From NCBI GenBank assembly GCA_002189035.1, contig NEEC01000193.1, forward strand, positions 1-22,148: 22,148 bases of DNA. The letters are read 5' to 3'. Every line of letters starts with the position of its first letter. Position 1 is the stretch's first letter. This document shows positions 12,321-21,200 of the stretch, one piece after another. This DNA is from Utricularia gibba (taxonomy: Eukaryota > Plantae > Magnoliophyta). The position numbers were made by a program, and so were the translations under genes. The notes under the pieces were generated by a model. It saw only the letters and a program-made list of their open reading frames with translations, had not been told where the DNA came from and searched no databases.

Positions 12321-14214
12321 TCATTGCGCATCATCATTCGGGGTGCATCCTAAAAATCACACGTGCACGGGATTCATTAAAAATAAATATTTACGCATAT
12401 CCAGAGTGTATAACAGTGTTGGGATAAGTGATGCCACGAAATTCATGATGTAGCATGTGACTTTTTTCCAACTTGATCGCATAGTAGATGAATTCTGACA
12501 CCATATGTTGATGCATTTAGTTGCTATGATACTTCTGATTCTTGATGCACCATTCCCGTATACCATGTCTCTAGTGGCTATTTGATTCTTTTGCCTTGTA
12601 TGTTGTTCGCATCAATTTCGAGAACATGAAGCACATTATTAAATGCAGTCACCACGGAATGCACGTGAGACACCTTTCGTTGTGGCCCTTTTTTAATATG
12701 TCCACAGTTATCGGACAAACGTAACTCCAAATTATAATACTTGGAGCTCGAAAAGGGCTTCCCAACAGTGTGCTATGAAGAGCAAGGATCTGCATGTTAT
12801 GCAAGAGGTGTTTCGCGGACCAGGATGTGCGACGTAGTCATTTCATTGCGCATCACATTCGGGATGCAGCCGAAAAATCACACGTGCACCGGATTTGTTA
12901 AAAATAAATATTTACGCATATCCTGAGTATACAACAGTGTTGGGATAAGTGATGCCACGAAATTCATGATGTAACATGTGACTTTTTTCCATCTTGATCG
13001 CATATCCGATGAAGTTTGACACCATATGTTTTGGCTGTTGATTGATTCAATTAGTTGCTATGATACTTCTGATTCTTGATGCACCATTCCCATACACCAT
13101 GTCTCTAGTGGCTATTTGATTCTTTTGCCGTGTATCCCATTTGCATCAATGTCGAGAACGAGAAGCACATTCTTAGACGCAGCCACCAAGAAAGGACACC
13201 TAAGACACTTTTCGTTGTGGCTTGTTTTTAATATGTCCACAGTTATCGGACAAACGTAACTCCAAATTATAATACTTGGAGCTCGAAAAGGGCTTCCCAA
13301 CAGTGTGCTATGAAGAGCAAGGATCTGCATGTTATGCAAGAGGTGCTTCGCGGACCAGGATGTGCGACGTAGTCATTTCATTGCGCATCATCATTCGGGG
13401 TGCATCCTAAAAATCACACGTGCACGGGATTCATTAAAAATAAATATTTACGCATATCCAGAGTGTATAACAGTGTTGGGATAAGTGATGCACGAAATTC
13501 ATGATGTAGCATGTGACTTTTTTCCAACTTGATCGCATAGTAGATGAATTCTGACACCATATGTTGATGCATTTAGTTGCTATGATACTTCTGATTCTTG
13601 ATGCACCATTCCCGTATACCATGTCTCTAGTGGCTATTTGATTCTTTTGCCTTGTATGTTGTTCGCATCAATTTCGAGAACATGAAGCACATTATTAAAT
13701 GCAGTCACCGAATGCCACGTGAGACACCTTTCGTTGTGGCCCTTTTTTAATATGTCCACAGTTATCGGACAAACGTAACTCCAAATTATAATACTTGGAG
13801 CTCGAAAAGGGCTTCCCAACAGTGTGCTATGAAGAGCAAGGATCTGCATGTTATGCAAGAGGTGTTTCGGACCAGGATGTGCGACGTAGTCATTTCATTG
13901 CGCATCACATTCGGGTGCACCAAAAATCACACGTGCACGGATTGTTAAAAATAAATATTTACGCATATCCTGAGTATACAACAGTGTTGGGATAAGTGAT
14001 GCCACGAAATTCATGATGTAACATGTGACTTTTTTCCATCTTGATCGCATATCGATGAAGTTTGACACCATATGTTTTGGCTGTTGATTGATTCAATTAG
14101 TTGCTATGATACTTCTGATTCTTGATGCACCATTCCCATACACCATGTCTCTAGTGGCTATTTGATTCTTTTGCCGTGTATGCATCAATGTCGAGAACGA
14201 GAAGCACATTCTTA

Positions 14215-14293
14215 GTGCTTCGATTCACCACGGATCCCACGCATCAATGTCGATTCTCGTTTTTCGCCCTTATTTCCAAATTAAATACTTGTC
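14215..14293. other. Short scrambled segment replacing the middle of an A monomer
   Basis: The monomer at 14099-14576 is only 478 bp. The segment holds distorted fragments (CACCACGGA, GCATCAATGTCGA, TCCAAATT, AATACTTG). Confidence 0.75.
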
Positions 14294-17200
14294 GTTCCCA
14301 ACAGTGTGCTATGAAGAGCAAGGATCTGCATGTTATGCAAGAGGTGCTTCGCGGACCAGGATGTGCGACGTAGTCATTTCATTGCGCATCATCATTCGGG
14401 GTGCATCCTAAAAATCACACGTGCACGGGATTCATTAAAAATAAATATTTACGCATATCCAGAGTGTATAACAGTGTTGGGATAAGTGATGCCACGAAAT
14501 TCATGATGTAGCATGTGACTTTTTTCCAACTTGATCGCATAGTAGATGAATTCTGACACCATATGTTGATGCATTTAGTTGCTATGATACTTCTGATTCT
14601 TGATGCACCATTCCCGTATACCATGTCTCTAGTGGCTATTTGATTCTTTTGCCTTGTATGTTGTTCGCATCAATTTCGAGAACATGAAGCACATTATTAA
14701 ATGCAGTCACCACGGAATGCCACGTGAGACACCTTTCGTTGTGGCCCTTTTTTAATATGTCCACAGTTATCGGACAAACGTAACTCCAAATTATAATACT
14801 TGGAGCTCGAAAAGGGCTTCCCAACAGTGTGCTATGAAGAGCAAGGATCTGCATGTTATGCAAGAGGTGCTTCGCGGACCAGGATGTGCGACGTAGTCAT
14901 TTCATTGCGCATCACCATTCGGGATGCAGCCGAAAAATCACACGTGCACCGGATTTGTTAAAAATAAATATTTACGCATATCCTGAGTATACAACAGTGT
15001 TGGGATAAGTGATGCCACGAAATTCATGATGTAACATGTGACTTTTTTCCATCTTGATCGCATATCCGATGAAGTTTGACACCATATGTTTTGGCTGTTG
15101 ATTGATTCAATTAGTTGCTATGATACTTCTGATTCTTGATGCACCATTCCCATACACCATGTCTCTAGTGGCTATTTGATTCTTTTGCCGTGTATCCCAT
15201 TTGCATCAATGTCGAGAACGAGAAGCACATTCTTAGACGCAGCCACCAAGAAAGGACACCTAAGACACTTTTCGTTGTGGCTTGTTTTTAATATGTCCAC
15301 AGTTATCGGACAAACGTAACTCCAAATTATAATACTTGGAGCTCGAAAAGGGCTTCCCAACAGTGTGCTATGAAGAGCAAGGATCTGCATGTTATGCAAG
15401 AGGTGCTTCGCGGACCAGGATGTGCGACGTAGTCATTTCATTGCGCATCATCATTCGGGGTGCATCCTAAAAATCACACGTGCACGGGATTCATTAAAAA
15501 TAAATATTTACGCATATCCAGAGTGTATAACAGTGTTGGGATAAGTGATGCCACGAAATTCATGATGTAGCATGTGACTTTTTTCCAACTTGATCGCATA
15601 GTAGATGAATTCTGACACCATATGTTGATGCATTTAGTTGCTATGATACTTCTGATTCTTGATGCACCATTCCCGTATACCATGTCTCTAGTGGCTATTT
15701 GATTCTTTTGCCTTGTATGTTGTTCGCATCAATTTCGAGAACATGAAGCACATTATTAAATGCAGTCACCACGGAATGCCACGTGAGACACCTTTCGTTG
15801 TGGCCCTTTTTTAATATGTCCACAGTTATCGGACAAACGTAACTCCAAATTATAATACTTGGAGCTCGAAAAGGGCTTCCCAACAGTGTGCTATGAAGAG
15901 CAAGGATCTGCATGTTATGCAAGAGGTGCTTCGCGGACCAGGATGTGCGACGTAGTCATTTCATTGCGCATCACCATTCGGGATGCAGCCGAAAAATCAC
16001 ACGTGCACGGATTTGTTAAAAATAAATATTTACGCATATCCTGAGTATACAACAGTGTTGGGATAAGTGATGCCACGAAATTCATGATGTAACATGTGAC
16101 TTTTTTCCATCTTGATCGCATATCCGATGAAGTTTGACACCATATGTTTTGGCTGTTGATTGATTCAATTAGTTGCTATGATACTTCTGATTCTTGATGC
16201 ACCATTCCCATACACCATGTCTCTAGTGGCTATTTGATTCTTTTGCCGTGTATCCCATTTGCATCAATGTCGAGAACGAGAAGCACATTCTTAGACGCAG
16301 CCACCAAGAAAGGACACCTAAGACACTTTTCGTTGTGGCTTGTTTTTAATATGTCCACAGTTATCGGACAAACGTAACTCCAAATTATAATACTTGGAGC
16401 TCGAAAAGGGCTTCCCAACAGTGTGCTATGAAGAGCAAGGATCTGCATGTTATGCAAGAGGTGCTTCGCGGACCAGGATGTGCGACGTAGTCATTTCATT
16501 GCGCATCATCATTCGGGGTGCATCCTAAAAATCACACGTGCACGGGATTCATTAAAAATAAATATTTACGCATATCCAGAGTGTATAACAGTGTTGGGAT
16601 AAGTGATGCCACGAAATTCATGATGTAGCATGTGACTTTTTTCCAACTTGATCGCATAGTAGATGAATTCTGACACCATATGTTGATGCATTTAGTTGCT
16701 ATGATACTTCTGATTCTTGATGCACCATTCCCGTATACCATGTCTCTAGTGGCTATTTGATTCTTTTGCCTTGTATGTTGTTCGCATCAATTTCGAGAAC
16801 ATGAAGCACATTATTAAATGCAGTCACCACGGAATGCCACGTGAGACACCTTTCGTTGTGGCCCTTTTTTAATATGTCCACAGTTATCGGACAAACGTAA
16901 CTCCAAATTATAATACTTGGAGCTCGAAAAGGGCTTCCCAACAGTGTGCTATGAAGAGCAAGGATCTGCATGTTATGCAAGAGGTGTTTCGCGGACCAGG
17001 ATGTGCGACGTAGTCATTTCATTGCGCATCACCATTCGGGATGCATCCGAAAAATCACACGTGCACGGATTTGTTAAAAATAAATATTTACGCATATCCT
17101 GAGTATACAACAGTGTTGGGATAAGTGATGCCACGAAATTCATGATGTAACATGTGACTTTTTTCCATCTTGATCGCATATCCGATGAAGTTTGACACCA

Positions 17201-17435
17201 TATGTTTTGGCTGTTGATTGATTCAATTAGTTGCTATGATACTTCTGATTCTTGATGCACCATTCCCATACACCATGTCTCTAGTGGCTATTTGATTCTT
17301 TTGCCGTGTATCCCATTTGCATCAATGTCGAGAACGAGAAGCACATTCTTAGACGCAGCCACCAAGAAAGGACACCTAAGACACTTTTCGTTGTGGCTTG
17401 TTTTTAATATGTCCACAGTTATCGGACAAACGTAA

Positions 17436-17457
17436 CTCCAAATTATAATACTTGGAG
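17436..17457. other. Small inverted repeat CTCCAA-N10-TTGGAG, present once per monomer (positions 208-229)
   Basis: A perfect 6-bp stem with loop ATTATAATAC, identical in A and B. Function unknown. Confidence 0.5.
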
Positions 17458-17573
17458 CTCGAAAAGGGCTTCCCAACAGTGTGCTATGAAGAGCAAGGAT
17501 CTGCATGTTATGCAAGAGGTGCTTCGCGGACCAGGATGTGCGACGTAGTCATTTCATTGCGCATCATCATTCG

Positions 17574-17693
17574 GGGTGCATCCTAAAAATCACACGTGCA
17601 CGGGATTCATTAAAAATAAATATTTACGCATATCCAGAGTGTATAACAGTGTTGGGATAAGTGATGCCACGAAATTCATGATGTAGCATGTGA
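17574..17693 (+). pseudogene. Putative degenerate 5S rRNA-like segment in monomer A (present in every A copy)
   Basis: Starts with GGGTGC, the other common plant 5S start. It has TGCACGGGAT at 5S positions 24-33, the same box A/C remnants, TGTAGCAT against 5S TGTTGCAT at 109-116, and T6 at 17695-17700. Confidence 0.45.
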
Positions 17694-18096
17694 CTTTTTT
17701 CCAACTTGATCGCATAGTAGATGAATTCTGACACCATATGTTGATGCATTTAGTTGCTATGATACTTCTGATTCTTGATGCACCATTCCCGTATACCATG
17801 TCTCTAGTGGCTATTTGATTCTTTTGCCTTGTATGTTGTTCGCATCAATTTCGAGAACATGAAGCACATTATTAAATGCAGTCACCACGGAATGCCACGT
17901 GAGACACCTTTCGTTGTGGCCCTTTTTTAATATGTCCACAGTTATCGGACAAACGTAACTCCAAATTATAATACTTGGAGCTCGAAAAGGGCTTCCCAAC
18001 AGTGTGCTATGAAGAGCAAGGATCTGCATGTTATGCAAGAGGTGTTTCGCGGACCAGGATGTGCGACGTAGTCATTTCATTGCGCATCACCATTCG

Positions 18097-18216
18097 GGAT
18101 GCAGCCGAAAAATCACACGTGCACCGGATTTGTTAAAAATAAATATTTACGCATATCCTGAGTATACAACAGTGTTGGGATAAGTGATGCCACGAAATTC
18201 ATGATGTAACATGTGA
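18097..18216 (+). pseudogene. Putative degenerate 5S rRNA-like segment in monomer B (monomer positions 346-465; present in every B copy)
   Basis: Compared with the angiosperm 5S consensus recalled from memory: GGATGC at 5S positions 1-6, exact TGCACCGGAT at 24-33 with no gap, and 26/43 ungapped identity over the first 43 nt. Box A-like ATTTACGCATAT matches 7/12 and box C-like GGGATAAGTG matches 7/10. Overall identity is only about 50% with four 1-bp gaps, and 5S helix II is not retained. Confidence 0.5.
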
Positions 18217-18217
18217 C

Positions 18218-18223
18218 TTTTTT
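18218..18223 (+). terminator. T6 run at the position expected for an RNA polymerase III terminator of the 5S-like segment
   Basis: TTTTTT begins at +122 relative to the 5S-like start in both monomer types (monomer positions 467-472). The call depends on the 5S interpretation. Confidence 0.3.
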
Positions 18224-21200
18224 CCATCTTGATCGCATATCCGATGAAGTTTGACACCATATGTTTTGGCTGTTGATTGATTCAATTAGTTGCTATGATA
18301 CTTCTGATTCTTGATGCACCATTCCCATACACCATGTCTCTAGTGGCTATTTGATTCTTTTGCCGTGTATCCCATTTGCATCAATGTCGAGAACGAGAAG
18401 CACATTCTTAGACGCAGCCACCAAGAAAGGACACCTAAGACACTTTTCGTTGTGGCTTGTTTTAATATGTCCACAGTTATCGGACAAACGTAACTCCAAA
18501 TTATAATACTTGGAGCTCGAAAAGGGCTTCCCAACAGTGTGCTATGAAGAGCAAGGATCTGCATGTTATGCAAGAGGTGCTTCGCGGACCAGGATGTGCG
18601 ACGTAGTCATTTCATTGCGCATCATCATTCGGGGTGCATCCTAAAAATCACACGTGCACGGGATTCATTAAAAATAAATATTTACGCATATCCAGAGTGT
18701 ATAACAGTGTTGGGATAAGTGATGCCACGAAATTCATGATGTAGCATGTGACTTTTTTCCAACTTGATCGCATAGTAGATGAATTCTGACACCATATGTT
18801 GATGCATTTAGTTGCTATGATACTTCTGATTCTTGATGCACCATTCCCGTATACCATGTCTCTAGTGGCTATTTGATTCTTTTGCCTTGTATGTTGTTCG
18901 CATCAATTTCGAGAACATGAAGCACATTATTAAATGCAGTCACCACGGAATGCCACGTGAGACACCTTTCGTTGTGGCCCTTTTTTAATATGTCCACAGT
19001 TATCGGACAAACGTAACTCCAAATTATAATACTTGGAGCTCGAAAAGGGCTTCCCAACAGTGTGCTATGAAGAGCAAGGATCTGCATGTTATGCAAGAGG
19101 TGTTTCGCGGACCAGGATGTGCGACGTAGTCATTTCATTGCGCATCACCATTCGGGATGCATCCTAAAAATCACACGTGCACCGGATTTGTTAAAAATAA
19201 ATATTTACGCATATCCTGAGTATACAACAGTGTTGGGATAAGTGATGCCACGAAATTCATGATGTAACATGTGACTTTTTTCCATCTTGATCGCATATCC
19301 GATGAAGTTTGACACCATATGTTTTGGCTGTTGATTGATTCAATTAGTTGCTATGATACTTCTGATTCTTGATGCACCATTCCCATACACCATGTCTCTA
19401 GTGGCTATTTGATTCTTTTGCCGTGTATCCCATTTGCATCAATGTCGAGAACGAGAAGCACATTCTTAGACGCAGCCACCAAGAAAGGACACCTAAGACA
19501 CTTTTCGTTGTGGCTTGTTTTTAATATGTCCACAGTTATCGGACAAACGTAACTCCAAATTATAATACTTGGAGCTCGAAAAGGGCTTCCCAACAGTGTG
19601 CTATGAAGAGCAAGGATCTGCATGTTATGCAAGAGGTGCTTCGCGGACCAGGATGTGCGACGTAGTCATTTCATTGCGCATCATCATTCGGGGTGCATCC
19701 TAAAAATCACACGTGCACGGGATTCATTAAAAATAAATATTTACGCATATCCAGAGTGTATAACAGTGTTGGATAAGTGATGCCACGAAATTCATGATGT
19801 AGCATGTGACTTTTTTCCAACTTGATCGCATAGTAGATGAATTCTGACACCATATGTTGATGCATTTAGTTGCTATGATACTTCTGATTCTTGATGCACC
19901 ATTCCCGTATACCATGTCTCTAGTGGCTATTTGATTCTTTTGCCTTGTATGTTGTTCGCATCAATTTCGAGAACATGAAGCACATTATTAAATGCAGTCA
20001 CCACGGAATGCCACGTGAGACACCTTTCGTTGTGGCCCTTTTTTAATATGTCCACAGTTATCGGACAAACGTAACTCCAAATTATAATACTTGGAGCTCG
20101 AAAAGGGCTTCCCAACAGTGTGCTATGAAGAGCAAGGATCTGCATGTTATGCAAGAGGTGCTTCGCGGACCAGGATGTGCGACGTAGTCATTTCATTGCG
20201 CATCACCATTCGGGATGCAGCCGAAAAATCACACGTGCACCGGATTGTGTTAAAAATAAATATTTACGCATATCCTGAGTATAACAGTGTTGGATAAGTG
20301 ATGCCACGAAATTCATGATGTAACATGTGACTTTTTTCCATCTTGATCGCATATCCGATGAAGTTTGACACCATATGTTTTGGCTGTTGATTGATTCAAT
20401 TAGTTGCTATGATACTTCTGATTCTTGATGCACCATTCCCATACACCATGTCTCTAGTGGCTATTTGATTCTTTTGCCGTGTATCCCATTTGCATCAATG
20501 TCGAGAACGAGAAGCACATTCTTAGACGCAGCCACCAAGAAAGGACACCTAAGACACTTTTCGTTGTGGCTTGTTTTTAATATGTCCACAGTTATCGGAC
20601 AAACGTAACTCCAAATTATAATACTTGGAGCTCGAAAAGGGCTTCCCAACAGTGTGCTATGAAGAGCAAGGATCTGCATGTTATGCAAGAGGTGCTTCGC
20701 GGACCAGGATGTGCGACGTAGTCATTTCATTGCGCATCATCATTCGGGTGCATCCTAAAAATCACACGTGCACGGGATTCATTAAAAATAAATATTTACG
20801 CATATCCAGAGTGTATAACAGTGTTGGATAAGTGATGCCACGAAATTCATGATGTAGCATGTGACTTTTTTCCAACTTGATCGCATAGTAGATGAATTCT
20901 GACACCATATGTTGATGCATTTATGCTATGATACTTCTGATTCTTGATGCACCATTCCCGTATACCATGTCTCTAGTGGCTATTTGATTCTTTTGCCTTG
21001 TATGTTGTTCGCATCAATTTCGAGAACATGAAGCACATTATTAAATGCAGTCACCACGGAATGCCACGTGAGACACCTTTCGTTGTGGCCCTTTTTTAAT
21101 ATGTCCACAGTTATCGGACAAACGTAACTCCAAATTATAATACTTGGAGCTCGAAAAGGGCTTCCCAACAGTGTGCTATGAAGAGCAAGGATCTGCATGT

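Larger units (their letters stand above)
17229..17751 (+). repeat. Type A monomer, representative clean copy (523 bp)
   Basis: Diagnostic CCCATACACC head, GTATCCCATTTG, AAGAAAGGACACCTAAG, GGGGTGCATCCT, a GAATTC (EcoRI) site at 17723-17728 and the short tail CCATATGTTGATGCATTT. Other 523-bp A copies start at 4715, 5772, 15113 and 16171. Confidence 0.95.
17752..18287 (+). repeat. Type B monomer, representative clean copy (536 bp)
   Basis: Diagnostic CCCGTATACC head, GTATGTTGTTCG, ACGGAATGCCACGTGAG, GGGATGCAGCCG, CACCGGATTTG and the long tail CCATATGTTTTGGCTGTTGATTGATTCAATT. Confidence 0.95.

Noticed and set aside
15113-15635. Monomer as a trimer of ~176-178-bp centromeric units (Arabidopsis/Brassica type)
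   Set aside because: The length fits arithmetically, but I see no internal similarity at that period beyond one 8-mer at 170 bp spacing.
17279-17284. Helitron-like 3' end at CTCTAG
   Set aside because: There is no GC-rich hairpin just upstream of the CTAG and no RepHel coding remnants.
17431-17450. Bacterial -10 element TATAAT or TATA box in AAATTATAATAC
   Set aside because: There is no matching -35 element or downstream gene; such a hexamer is expected by chance in AT-rich repeat DNA.
18097-18216. Functional 5S rRNA gene
   Set aside because: Identity to the plant consensus is only about 50%, helix II pairing is lost, helix I is only partial and there is no upstream TATA-like element. It is reported only as a possible relic.
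17229-18287. Cassandra/TRIM or other LTR-element tandem array, or 5S-derived SINE
   Set aside because: I found no TG...CA termini with a primer-binding site or polypurine tract, no poly-A or simple-repeat tail and no target-site duplications.
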